The notes under the pieces: model-generated | Told to the model about the DNA's origin: nothing | The model's database searches: none | The model's input: only the letters and a program-made list of their open reading frames with translations | Part shown: positions 43,904 through 52,926 of the stretch, piece by piece | Layout: every line of letters begins with the position of its first letter | Numbering within the stretch: position 1 is the first letter of the stretch | Made by a program: the position numbers and the translations under genes | Source: Streptosporangiaceae bacterium | GTDB lineage: Bacteria; Actinomycetota; Actinomycetes; Streptosporangiales; Streptosporangiaceae | Length of the DNA stretch: 64,000 nucleotides | NCBI GenBank assembly: GCA_036558005.1 | Contig: DATBGO010000144.1 | Span: 12,004-76,003, forward strand | Direction: 5' to 3'

Positions 43904-45062
43904 CCCGGGTCACGGACCTGCCGATGACCAGCCGCTGGATCTGGTTCGTGCCCTCCACGATCTGCAGCACCTTGGCCTCGCGCAGGTACCGCTCGACCGG
44001 GAAGTCCTCGACGTAGCCGTAACCGCCGAGGACCTGGACGGCGTCGGTGGTGACCCGCATCGCCGCGTCGCTGGCGAACAGCTTGGCCATCGCGGCCTGC
44101 GGCCCGTAGGGCAGGCCGGCGTCCTTGCGGCGGGCCGCCGACAGGTACAGCGCCCGGGCCGCGGCGACCGCGGTGGCCATGTCAGCGAGCAGGAACGACA
44201 GGCCCTGGAACTCGGCGATCGGCCGCCCGAACTGGCGCCGCTGGGTGGCGTAAGCGGCCGCCGCGGACAGCGCGGCCTGGGCCACCCCGGTCGCGCACGC
44301 CGCGATGCCCAGCCGCCCGGCGTCCAGCGCCGCCAGCGCCAGGGCGAAGCCCTTGCCCTCGTCCCCGACCAGGTGGCTGGCGGGCACCCGGGCGCCGGAA
44401 AAGATCATCTGCGCGGTGACCGAGCCGCGCATGCCCATCTTGTGCTCGGCCGGCGCGGCCTGCACGCCCGGGGTCTGCGCGGGCACGTGCAGGCAGCTGA
44501 TGCCGCGGGACCGGTCCGGGCCGTCCGGGTCGCCCGAGGTGCGCGCGAACAAGGTGTAGAAGTCTGCCTGCCCTGCGTGGGAGATCCACGCCTTGGTCCC
44601 GTTCACCACGAAGTCCTGGCCCTCGGCGGTGGCGGTGGCGCGCAGCGCGGCCGCGTCGGACCCGCTGGAGGGCTCGGACAGGCAGTAGGCGCCGAGCAGC
44701 TCGCCGCCGAGCAGCTCCGGCAGCCACCGCTGCTGCTGCTCCGGGGTGCCGGCCCGGACCAGCGGGAAGCAGGTGAGCGTGTGCACGCTCACCCCCAGCC
44801 CGACGGTCAGCCACGCGCCCGCCAGCTCCTCGATGACCTGCAGGTAGGTGGCGTAGGGCTGGCCGCCGCCGCCGAGCCGCTCGGGGTAGGGCAGGCTGAG
44901 CAGTCCCGCGCGGCCCAGCAGCCGGAACGCCTCCCTGGGGAACCGGCCCTCCCGCTCGGCCGCGTCGGCGGCCGGCCGCAGCTCGGCGTCAGCCAGCTCG
45001 GCGGTGAGCTCGAACAGCGCCCGGGTCTGATCGTCAGCGAACTCGCGCTCGGCCAGGCTCAT
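43896..45062 (-). CDS. Acyl-CoA dehydrogenase
   Basis: YCLSEPSSGSDAAAL, GTKAWISHAG, ARLGIAACATGVAQAAL, QFGRPIAEFQ, GGYGYVEDFPVERYLREAKVLQIVEGTNQIQ. ATG 45062 avoids overlap with the peptidase gene. Confidence 0.9.
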   Translation of the reverse strand: MSLAEREFADDQTRALFELTAELADAELRPAADAAEREGRFPREAFRLLGRAGLLSLPYPERLGGGGQPYATYLQVIEELAGAWLTVGLGVSVHTLTCFPLVRAGTPEQQQRWLPELLGGELLGAYCLSEPSSGSDAAALRATATAEGQDFVVNGTKAWISHAGQADFYTLFARTSGDPDGPDRSRGISCLHVPAQTPGVQAAPAEHKMGMRGSVTAQMIFSGARVPASHLVGDEGKGFALALAALDAGRLGIAACATGVAQAALSAAAAYATQRRQFGRPIAEFQGLSFLLADMATAVAAARALYLSAARRKDAGLPYGPQAAMAKLFASDAAMRVTTDAVQVLGGYGYVEDFPVERYLREAKVLQIVEGTNQIQRLVIGRSVTRAT

Positions 45063-45066
45063 CGGC

Positions 45067-46206
45067 TCAGCCTGCCGCCACGAGCTCACGGGAGGCGTTG
45101 TTCAGCCGCTCATGGCCGTCTTCGGTGCAGACCACGATGTCCTCGATCCTGGCGCCGTGCGGCCCGGGGTAGATGCCCGGCTCGACCGAGAACGCGTGCC
45201 CGGGCCGCAGCAGCTCGGCGTTGCCCTGGGTGATGTAGGGGTGCTCGTGCAGCTCCAGGCCGATGCCGTGGCCGGTGCGGTGCAGGAAGAACTCCCCGTA
45301 CCCGGCGGCGGTGATCGGCTCCCTGGCGGCGGCGTCGACCGCCTCCGCGCTCACCCCGGGCCGGACCGCCGCGCACGCGGCCTGCTGCGCGTCCTTGAGC
45401 ACCGCGTAGTAGGCGGCCAGCTCGGGCGGCGGGGTGCCGATCACGTAGGTGCGGGTGCAGTCGGAGTAGTAGCCGCTGGCCATGCTGCCGCCGATGTCCA
45501 CCACCACCGCGTCGCCTGGCCGCAGGACCCGGCTGGTGGCCTCGTGGTGCGGGCTGGCCGCGTTCGGCCCGGACCCGACGATGGTGAAGTCGACCCGGGC
45601 GTGCCCCTCGGCGACGATCGCGTCGGCGATGTCGGCGGCGACCTCCAGCTCGGTCCGGCCCGCCCGCAGGAACCCGGGCACCCTGGCGTGCACCCGGTCG
45701 ATGGCCTGCCCGGCCGCCCGCAGCTCGGCCACCTCGGCGGGCGTCTTGCGCGCCCTCAGGTCCCGCATCGCGAGGCTGGCCAGCTCGAACCCGGCGCCAG
45801 GCAGCGCCTGCTGCAGCCGCAGCACCATCATCGCCCACATCTGGTCCGACAGGCCGATCGGCCCGGCGCCGGGCACCCCGCCGGCGCGCAGGCGGCTGGC
45901 GATCAGCGCGTACGGGTCGTCGGTCTCGTCCCAGGTGACGATCTCCAGCCCGCGCCGGGCCGCGGGCGCGGACCCGGCCGCCCGCAGCTCGAGCCGCGGC
46001 ACCAGCAGGAACGGGCTGGCGTCGCCGGCCGGCAGCGCCAGGCAGGTGATCCGCTCGGTCGGGTGGGCGTTGTAGCCGGTCACGTAGCGCAGGTCGGGCC
46101 CGGGGGTGAGCAGCAGCGCGGACAGGCCCGCCTTCCCGGTCGCCTCGGCGGCCCTGGCCAGCCGGCCCGCGGGCTGCATGTCGGTGCCCGCCTGGTCGTT
46201 TCCCAT
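45067..46206 (-). CDS. M24-family Xaa-Pro dipeptidase/aminopeptidase (PepE/PepQ-like)
   Basis: Creatinase-like N-domain, then the pita-bread metal motifs DIGGSMASGYYSDCTRT, HRTGHGIGLELHE, SVEPGIY, RIED. Confidence 0.85.
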   Translation of the reverse strand: MGNDQAGTDMQPAGRLARAAEATGKAGLSALLLTPGPDLRYVTGYNAHPTERITCLALPAGDASPFLLVPRLELRAAGSAPAARRGLEIVTWDETDDPYALIASRLRAGGVPGAGPIGLSDQMWAMMVLRLQQALPGAGFELASLAMRDLRARKTPAEVAELRAAGQAIDRVHARVPGFLRAGRTELEVAADIADAIVAEGHARVDFTIVGSGPNAASPHHEATSRVLRPGDAVVVDIGGSMASGYYSDCTRTYVIGTPPPELAAYYAVLKDAQQAACAAVRPGVSAEAVDAAAREPITAAGYGEFFLHRTGHGIGLELHEHPYITQGNAELLRPGHAFSVEPGIYPGPHGARIEDIVVCTEDGHERLNNASRELVAAG

Positions 46207-46352
46207 CGCATTCTCCCGTCCGTTGGCCCGCGCTGGCCGCGCACGATGCTTCCCTGACGCATCATCTCACCCGCGGGAATTGTGTCCGCATCTAGACAGC
46301 AGCGCCCCACATGCGTCACGCTTGGTGCACGTTGACTCACCAGATGTGAATC

Positions 46353-47147
46353 ATGATGACTTCTGAGACTATCGAGGTACCGCCTGGCCGCCCGGATCTG
46401 CGCGGCACGCCGCGCCGCGCCGCGGGGTTAGCGGCCGAACTGGCGGCCGAGCGGCACGTGGCACTGGAACTGCAGCGCGCCATCCTGCCGCTGCACGACC
46501 AGCCGTTCGGGCTGCCCGGGCTGCGCGCGGTGGTGCGGTACCTGCCCGCGTCCGCCGACAGCGTCGGCGGTGACTGGTACATCACCGCCGAGATGCCCGG
46601 CGGGCAGGTGCTCATCGCGATCGGCGACGTGGCCGGGCACGGGCTGGCCGCGGCGGCGGGCATGGCCAGGCTCCGCGGCGCGCTGGCTGGCCTGGCCATC
46701 ACCGGGCTGCCGCCCGCCCGCCTGGTCGGCTGGCTCAACGACCTGGTCAGGCACGTCGGGCCCGAGCACACCGCGTCGGTCATCACCGGCTACTTCGACC
46801 CGGCCAGCCGGGTGCTCACCTGGGCGCAGGCCGGGCACCCGCCGCCGATCCTGGTGCGCGGGTCCTGGGCCAGGCCGCTGCAGACGCCGGACGGGATCCT
46901 GCTCGGCGCGGGCGAGGCCGGGTACGGCACCGCGACCGCGGCGCTGGCCCCCGGCGACCTGCTGCTGCTCTACAGCGACGGGCTGATCGAGCGCAGAACC
47001 AGGTCGCTGGACGAGGGGATGAGCGAGCTGGCCGCGGCGATCCGGGGCAGCACCGACCCGGAGCGGCTGACCACGGCGGCGCTGGGCTCGCTCGTCCCGG
47101 CCGACGCCGAGGACGACACCTGCCTGGTCGCGCTGCAGGTGCTGTAG
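46353..47147 (+). CDS. PP2C/SpoIIE-family serine phosphatase
   Basis: ELQRAILP, YLPASADSVGGDWY, IAIGDVAGHGLAAAAGM, LLLYSDGLIE, DDTCLVAL. Confidence 0.85.
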   Translation: MMTSETIEVPPGRPDLRGTPRRAAGLAAELAAERHVALELQRAILPLHDQPFGLPGLRAVVRYLPASADSVGGDWYITAEMPGGQVLIAIGDVAGHGLAAAAGMARLRGALAGLAITGLPPARLVGWLNDLVRHVGPEHTASVITGYFDPASRVLTWAQAGHPPPILVRGSWARPLQTPDGILLGAGEAGYGTATAALAPGDLLLLYSDGLIERRTRSLDEGMSELAAAIRGSTDPERLTTAALGSLVPADAEDDTCLVALQVL

Positions 47148-47186
47148 CCGGGGCGGCTCACTCCCGTCCCGGCAGGCGCGGCCGCC

Positions 47187-47231
47187 GGCCTGGCTGCTCC
47201 TGGCCTGGCTGCTCCTGGCCGGGCAGCTCCT
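47187..47231. repeat. 15-bp tandem repeat x3 in convergent intergenic region
   Basis: GGCCTGGCTGCTCCT / GGCCTGGCTGCTCCT / GGCCGGGCAGCTCCT. The last copy runs into the stop codon of the exonuclease gene. Confidence 0.85.
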
Positions 47232-48141
47232 AGCCGGGCCGGGACGCCAGCGCGGCGGTCATCCGGCCCAGCGATGAGCCCAGGTCCCAGCGCTGGTCGA
47301 GCTCGGCGAGCCGGGCCGGGTCGGCGGGGCGGACCGGCAGTTCGCCGCGCGCCGGCGGCACCGGCGCGTCCCTCGCGACCGCGACCACATCGATCGCCGC
47401 CTCCAGGTAGCCGCGCGCGCCCGCCAGCTTCGCCCGGGTGCCCATCGGGAACCCGCCGTGCCCGGAGTCCAGCGCCTTGATGATCGCCTCGGTGCTGCCG
47501 AACACCCGGACCAGCGCCGCGGCGGTCTTCTCGCCGATCCCGGCAACGCCGGGCAGGCCGTCGCTCGGGTCGCCGCGCAGCAGCGCGAACGTCGCGTACG
47601 CGGTCCCCGGGATCTGGTACCTGGCGGTCACCGCCGCCTCGTCGACCACCTCGAGCCTGGACATCCCGCGCGCGGTGTAGACCACCCGGACCGGCCGGGA
47701 GTCGTCGACCAGCTGGAACAGGTCCCGGTCGCCGGTCACCACCTCGACCGGGCCCTGCTGCCGCGCCGCCAGCGTCCCGATGACGTCGTCGGCCTCGTAG
47801 CCGGGCGCGCCCGCCATCGTCACCCCGGCCGCCGCCAGCACCTCCACGATCAGCGGCACCTGGGCCGCCAGCGTCGCCGGGACCTGCTCGCTGCCGTCCG
47901 GGTTGGCCCGGTGCGCCTTGTAGGACGGGATGGCCCTGACCCGGAAGGCCGGCCGCCAGTCCTCGTCCATGCACGCGATCAGCTCGCCCGGCTTCCTGGC
48001 CCGCACCAGCCTGGTGATCATGTCGAGCAGCCCGCGCACCGCGTTGACCGGCGTGCCGTCCGGGGCCGTCATCGTCTCCGGCACCCCGTAGAACGCGCGG
48101 AAGTACAGTGCGGCGGCGTCCAGCAGCATCAGCGAGCCCAC
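47230..48141 (-). CDS. 5'-3' exonuclease / flap endonuclease (Pol I N-domain-like)
   Basis: LLDAAALYFRAFYG, DEDWRPAFR, EADDVIGTLA, TGDRDLFQL, and the H3TH region GIGEKTAAAL. Position next to the pepE-like gene as I recall for Rv2090. Confidence 0.85.
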   Translation of the reverse strand: MGSLMLLDAAALYFRAFYGVPETMTAPDGTPVNAVRGLLDMITRLVRARKPGELIACMDEDWRPAFRVRAIPSYKAHRANPDGSEQVPATLAAQVPLIVEVLAAAGVTMAGAPGYEADDVIGTLAARQQGPVEVVTGDRDLFQLVDDSRPVRVVYTARGMSRLEVVDEAAVTARYQIPGTAYATFALLRGDPSDGLPGVAGIGEKTAAALVRVFGSTEAIIKALDSGHGGFPMGTRAKLAGARGYLEAAIDVVAVARDAPVPPARGELPVRPADPARLAELDQRWDLGSSLGRMTAALASRPG

Positions 48142-48324
48142 GCCGCCATCCTGCCAGCCCCGGCGGCAAGGCGCGGCCCGGGCCGGCCACTCCGCCCGCC
48201 AGCACGCCCCGGCCGTCCGGCCAACGCCGGCCGCCCTGAACCAGCCGCGGCCGGCTGGTCACGCGGGGCCGGCCGGCCCTGGCGGCGGCAGCCGGCCGGC
48301 CGGGCCCGGGGATAATCGGTGCTG

Positions 48325-49170
48325 ATGACCTCATTCCGCCGCGCAGCACGCGGCCCGGCCGGCCGCCGCAAGGCGGCCCCGCGGCACGCCAGGACGCCGC
48401 GCTGACCGGCGCCGCCGCTGAGGTACTCGGGTGCGTCCTGCTGGCAGCCGTGATCATCACCTCGGTCAGCCGCCCGCGCCGGCTGCCCGAGCCGGCCGTG
48501 GCGGCGGCCGCCGCGGCGGTGCTGATCCTGGCCGGCGCGCTGCCGGTCTCGAACCTCACCAATCTGCTGGCGTTCTCGATGAGCGGGCTGACGCTCACCG
48601 GGTTCACCGCGCTGATGGCGCTGCCCTGGCTGGCCGCGATCGCGGTCGAGTACGCCGGGTTCCGCCTGTTCTTCGCCGCTGACCTGGCCGCGAGCCCTGC
48701 CCGGTCAGCCGCGGCACCGGGCCAGGACCCGCCGCCGGGGCGAGAACCGGGGCGGCAGCCGGGGGTCCCGGTGTTCGCGCTGGTGACGGTCGCCGCGACG
48801 CTGGCCGGCTTCGTCGCGGCCTCGGCCGCCGGGATCAGCCCGGCCTGGGCGGCGCTGGCGGGTGGCTGCGTGCTCGCCGCCCGTGAGCTGGGCCGGCCTG
48901 GCCTCACCGCGGTGAGCCTGGCCCGCGCGGCCAGCCCGGCGTTCCTGCTGTTCGTGCTCGCGCTCGGCCTGGTGGTCGAGGCGGTTCGGCGTCAACATCG
49001 GCCCCAACCTGAGTTACCCCGGCTCGCTGGCGAACCTGCTCTGGCGCCGGATGCTGACTGCCCGCGGCTACCGGGCCGGCGCCGCCGAGTTCACCCGGCT
49101 GGGCCTGCTCACCGCCCCGGCCGGGGTGGCGCTGGCGACCGTGGCCCTGTGGGCGGCCCTGCACGCCTGA
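48325..49170 (+). pseudogene. Decayed ArsB/NhaD-superfamily permease gene
   Basis: Homology is split over three frames. ATG 48325 runs into TGA after 26 codons. The middle frame carries LGCVLLAAVIITS..RRLPEP...PVSNLTNLLAF...FLLFVLALGLVVEAV. The C-terminal GVNIGPNLSYPGSLANLLWRRMLTARG...LWAALHA (stop 49168-49170) is in another frame. The total is far shorter than a usual permease of about 420 aa. Confidence 0.6.
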
Positions 49171-49321
49171 TCCGCGCTGCCCGGGCTGGCCCGCCGGCGC
49201 GGCCCTGCCCGCCGTAGCCATGTCATTGCTCTATGGCTTCGTGTGATAGCTGGCATTAGTCCTGCGACCTGCGGGAACCCTAGGCTGACAGGAGCTGGAT
49301 CCGATCTGGGGGGAGCGAGCA

Positions 49322-49882
49322 ATGGCAGCAGCAGACCAGCCCGCCGGCCGGCCAGGCACCGGGTGCCCGGCCGGCCTCGCCGCCGCGATCAGGGCCGCCG
49401 TCGCCTGCCGCGCCGACTGGGCGCAGACCGCGAGCCTGGTCGCCGGCGCGCTGCGCGCGCACCTGCCCGGCCCGGGCATCCTGACCGCGCGGCAGCGGGC
49501 CGGCCGCGCCGGCGGCTACGCCAGCGAGGTGCTGCACGCCGAGCCCGACGGGTCATTCTCGGTGTGCTCGCTGGTCTGGCGGCCCGGCCAGCAGACCCCG
49601 ATCCATGATCACGTCACCTGGTGCGTGCTGGCCGTGCTGCAGGGCAGCGAGCACGAGGAACTGTACGAGCTGCGGGACAACGGCACCTGCCTGGCCCCGG
49701 CCGGCCGCAGCGAGAACCTGCCCGGCCAGGTCAGCGCGTTCGCCCCGCCCGGCGACATCCACCGGGTCCGCAACAGCAGCGACCAGGTGTCGATCTCGCT
49801 GCACGTCTACGGCGCCGACATCACCCGGCTGGGCAGCAGCGTCCGCCGCACCTACGACCTCCCCGTGCTCACTCCGGCTTAG
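49322..49882 (+). CDS. Cysteine dioxygenase type I-like cupin
   Basis: SLVWRPGQQTPIHDHVTWCVLAVLQGSEHEELY ... PGDIHRVRN ... SLHVYG is the 3-His cupin pattern of bacterial CDO/mercaptopropionate dioxygenase homologs. Confidence 0.75.
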   Translation: MAAADQPAGRPGTGCPAGLAAAIRAAVACRADWAQTASLVAGALRAHLPGPGILTARQRAGRAGGYASEVLHAEPDGSFSVCSLVWRPGQQTPIHDHVTWCVLAVLQGSEHEELYELRDNGTCLAPAGRSENLPGQVSAFAPPGDIHRVRNSSDQVSISLHVYGADITRLGSSVRRTYDLPVLTPA

Positions 49883-50007
49883 CTTCAGCCGCGGATTGTC
49901 AGTGGCTCCCGCTAGAATTCAAACATGAATTCGGATAACGCCACTCCACCCTGACCCTGCGTCCCGCGCGCCAGCACCGCCCTCGGACCGGTGAGGAGGT
50001 CAGCGTC

Positions 50008-51594
50008 ATGCCCGGCCCGCAGCCCGACAGCCAGCCCGATAGCGCCGCCGCCGCGGCCAGGGCCGCCCGCGCCAGCCTGGGCTGGCTCGCGGCGGCGGAC
50101 CCGGCGGACCTGACCACCATCGAGCAGGCCGACTGCCTGCGGGCGTTAGAACAAGCCGAGTCGATGCTGACCGCGGCCCGGGCCAGGATCCTCGCCGCGT
50201 TCCGGGCCCGGGATGGGTACCACGACGACGGGCACCGCTCCGCCAGGACCTGGCTGGCCTGGCAGACCCGGGTCACCCCCGGCGCCGCCGCTGGCGCCGT
50301 GGCCTGGACCCGCCGCCTGGCTGACCACCCGGCCCTGACCGAGGCCCTCGCCAGCGGAGAGCTGTCCGCCTCCTGGGCCCGCCAGCTCACCGCCTGGACC
50401 GATCAGCTTCCCGTGGCCGCCCGGCCCGCCGCGGACCAGATCCTCGTCACCGCCGCCCGTTCCGGCGTCGACCTGGCCGGCCTTGGTGAACTCGCCGCCG
50501 AGATCCGCGCCCGCACCGCCACCCCAGACAGCGACGCCGGCGACTTCATCGACCGGCGGCTGCACCTGGACCGCACCTACGACGGCGCCGGGCGTCTCAC
50601 CGGCGACCTCACCCCGGCGTGCGCCGCCGCCCTCGACGCCGTGCTGGAGGCGCTCGGCGGCCGGGCTGGCCCGGAGGATCTCCGCACCCTGGGCCAGCGC
50701 CACCACGACGCCCTGGAAGAGGCCTGCCGGCGCCTCACCGCGTCGGACTGCCTCCCGGCCCGGGCCGGCCAGCCGACCCGCATCCTGCTCCACATGACCC
50801 TCAGCCAGCTCCGCCGGCAAGCCGGGGCCAGCACGCCCGCCACGCCGCCCGGCCCCGCCACCACGTCCGGCGGCCCGCACATTCCCGCCGGCGGGCCGGA
50901 CTGGATCCCCTGCCCAGGGCCAGCCGCGCCGCCTGGTGCTGACTGCGACGCCACGATCGTCCCGGTCGTCACCGCCCGGCCCGATCTGCGTCTGCTAGCT
51001 CGCCTCGCCGAGGAGCTAGTCAATCGCCCGGCCAGCTCAGCGCCGCACCACCAGCGGACCGGCCACGTCCGGCACCCCGCACCTGGCCAGCCTGCCCGCC
51101 AGGATCAGCCGGCCGGGCCGGAGCCGGCGGAGCGAAGACAGGACACCGGACGGGAGCAGCGGGCCATGGAGCAGCTGCTGACCGCCCGCGCCGCGGACCT
51201 GCTCTCCGGACCCCGGGGCCTGGCCTCCTGGCTCCGCACCACCCACCTCACCGGGCCTGCCGCGAGCATCAGCCTGCCGCTCGACATCGGGACCGCCACC
51301 GACACCATTGCGGCCCATCTGCGCCGGGCGGTCATCACCCGCGATCAGCACTGTCGCTTCCCCGGGTGCACCCAGCCGCCGGCCGCCAGCCAGATTCACC
51401 ACCTCGTCCCCCGCGCTCACGACGGTCCCACCGCTCTCACCAACCTCATCTTGCTCTGCCCTTTCCACCACCTCACCGCGATCCACCGCTGGGGCTGGAC
51501 TCTCACCCTCAGCCCGGACGGCACCACCACCGCGACCAGTCCCGACCAGACCCGGACCCTGTACTCTCACGGCCCGCCCGCCACCGCGGCCTGA
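50008..51594 (+). CDS. DUF222 + HNH endonuclease domain protein (REP13E12-like family)
   Basis: N-terminal DUF222-like region (LEQAESMLTAARARILAAF...DGHRSARTWLAW) and C-terminal HNH (RDQHCRFPGCTQPP...IHHLVPRAHDGPTALTNLILLCPFHH). The middle is Pro/Ala-rich. Confidence 0.8.
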   Translation: MPGPQPDSQPDSAAAAARAARASLGWLAAADPADLTTIEQADCLRALEQAESMLTAARARILAAFRARDGYHDDGHRSARTWLAWQTRVTPGAAAGAVAWTRRLADHPALTEALASGELSASWARQLTAWTDQLPVAARPAADQILVTAARSGVDLAGLGELAAEIRARTATPDSDAGDFIDRRLHLDRTYDGAGRLTGDLTPACAAALDAVLEALGGRAGPEDLRTLGQRHHDALEEACRRLTASDCLPARAGQPTRILLHMTLSQLRRQAGASTPATPPGPATTSGGPHIPAGGPDWIPCPGPAAPPGADCDATIVPVVTARPDLRLLARLAEELVNRPASSAPHHQRTGHVRHPAPGQPARQDQPAGPEPAERRQDTGREQRAMEQLLTARAADLLSGPRGLASWLRTTHLTGPAASISLPLDIGTATDTIAAHLRRAVITRDQHCRFPGCTQPPAASQIHHLVPRAHDGPTALTNLILLCPFHHLTAIHRWGWTLTLSPDGTTTATSPDQTRTLYSHGPPATAA

Positions 51595-51604
51595 GCGCGG
51601 GCGG

Positions 51605-52324
51605 TCAGGCCGCGGCGAGTTGGTTGTTCAGCCAGGTGAGGCCCAGCTCGCTGGCGGCCGCGCGGGCCGCGCGGAGCAGCGTGTCACGCTCCGTGCCTGG
51701 CGGCAGCACGCTGGCGAGCGCGGCCTGCGCGGCGGCGGCCGGCGGCCGCGCACCCAGGGCCGAGCGCAGGTACAGCGAACGGCGCAGCAGCATCTCCCCG
51801 CCCGGCTGGCCGCTGTCGATGAGGTGACCGGCCTGGTGGCGGACAACGTAGGACTCAAGCAGCAGATCCTCGCGGCCGCGGCACAGGGCCAGCGCTTCGT
51901 CATAGCAGTGCCTGGCGGTGGCATCGTCAGCGTGCACGTTGTCGGCGACCACTCCCTGAAAGAACGTGGCCCAGCCGCGCAGCTCTTCACTCCGCGCGGC
52001 TTCCCGCAGGCCCGCACGGATCGTCTGCTCGTCGTCAGGACGCGGGCCGAGGTCGAAGAGGATGCGGGCGTAGGCCAGCTGGGCTGTCAGGTACCCGCGC
52101 AGGGCCAGGTCTTCGAGCCCGGCGGCCGCCCGGCCGGCGGGTGCGGGGTCATCCAGCCGCCAGAAGTGCCGGTCGAACAGGATCCGGGCCCGCAGTCCGG
52201 CGGTATCCCCGTCCTGGCCGTCCAGCAGCGCCAGCGCGCCGTCCCACTCGCCGTCCAGGCTTAGCCGGCTGGCGAGCCTGGTCACCGGGCGGGAATGGGC
52301 AGCGGCCTGAGCAGAGTCGGCCAT
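51605..52324 (-). CDS. Hypothetical helical-repeat protein
   Basis: Intact GC3-rich ORF. Start is ATG 52324 (alternatives 52345 and 52369); further upstream would overlap the divergent CGNR gene. Helical and TPR-like in composition, with no motif I can name. Confidence 0.5.
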   Translation of the reverse strand: MADSAQAAAHSRPVTRLASRLSLDGEWDGALALLDGQDGDTAGLRARILFDRHFWRLDDPAPAGRAAAGLEDLALRGYLTAQLAYARILFDLGPRPDDEQTIRAGLREAARSEELRGWATFFQGVVADNVHADDATARHCYDEALALCRGREDLLLESYVVRHQAGHLIDSGQPGGEMLLRRSLYLRSALGARPPAAAAQAALASVLPPGTERDTLLRAARAAASELGLTWLNNQLAAA

Positions 52325-52381
52325 GTAGGGGTCGTTTGATAGCATGCCGCTTACACTAAGCCTCGCCATGTAGGCGGTCAA

Positions 52382-52891
52382 ATGAGTTATGTCGATTACC
52401 TCGGGAACATCACCCTGCTCGCGGTCGAGGTGGCGAACACCGGGAATGCCGGAGACCAGGGCACTATCGCCCACGCGATGCTGGCCGAGCACCAGGTCGC
52501 CCGGCCAGCCGCCGCCGAGCTGGAACCCCTTCGCCGGCTCCTGCGAGAGGCGCTGGGGCAGATCGTGGCCGGGGACCACCGGGCCGAGGGCGTCAGCACG
52601 CTGCTCAACCACTACCCGCCTGATATGCACCTGTCTGACCACGACGGGCTCCTGCACCTTCACTTCGCCCGCGACGGGCTCCCCCCGGTGCGGTGGATCG
52701 GGCAGATGACAGCGGCAGCCCTCGCGCACATCGCCACCGGGGACCCGGCGGTCACGCTCGGCCGGTGCGCCGCCGCCGGCTGCGACCGCTTCTTCGTTGA
52801 CCAGTCACGCAACCGGACCCGCAGGTTCTGCGGCGGCGCCTGCGCCAGCCGCACGAGCGTCGCCGCGTTCCGCGCCCGCGGCAGGGCCTGA
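52382..52891 (+). CDS. CGNR zinc-finger (ABATE + zf-CGNR) putative stress-responsive regulator
   Basis: C-terminal CAAAGCDRFFVDQSRNRTRRFCGGACASRTSVAAFRAR is the canonical C-x4-C-...-C-x3-C CGNR motif. Confidence 0.85.
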   Translation: MSYVDYLGNITLLAVEVANTGNAGDQGTIAHAMLAEHQVARPAAAELEPLRRLLREALGQIVAGDHRAEGVSTLLNHYPPDMHLSDHDGLLHLHFARDGLPPVRWIGQMTAAALAHIATGDPAVTLGRCAAAGCDRFFVDQSRNRTRRFCGGACASRTSVAAFRARGRA

Positions 52892-52926
52892 CGCCCTCGC
52901 GGCCAGCTGGCCGGCCGAACGACCCG

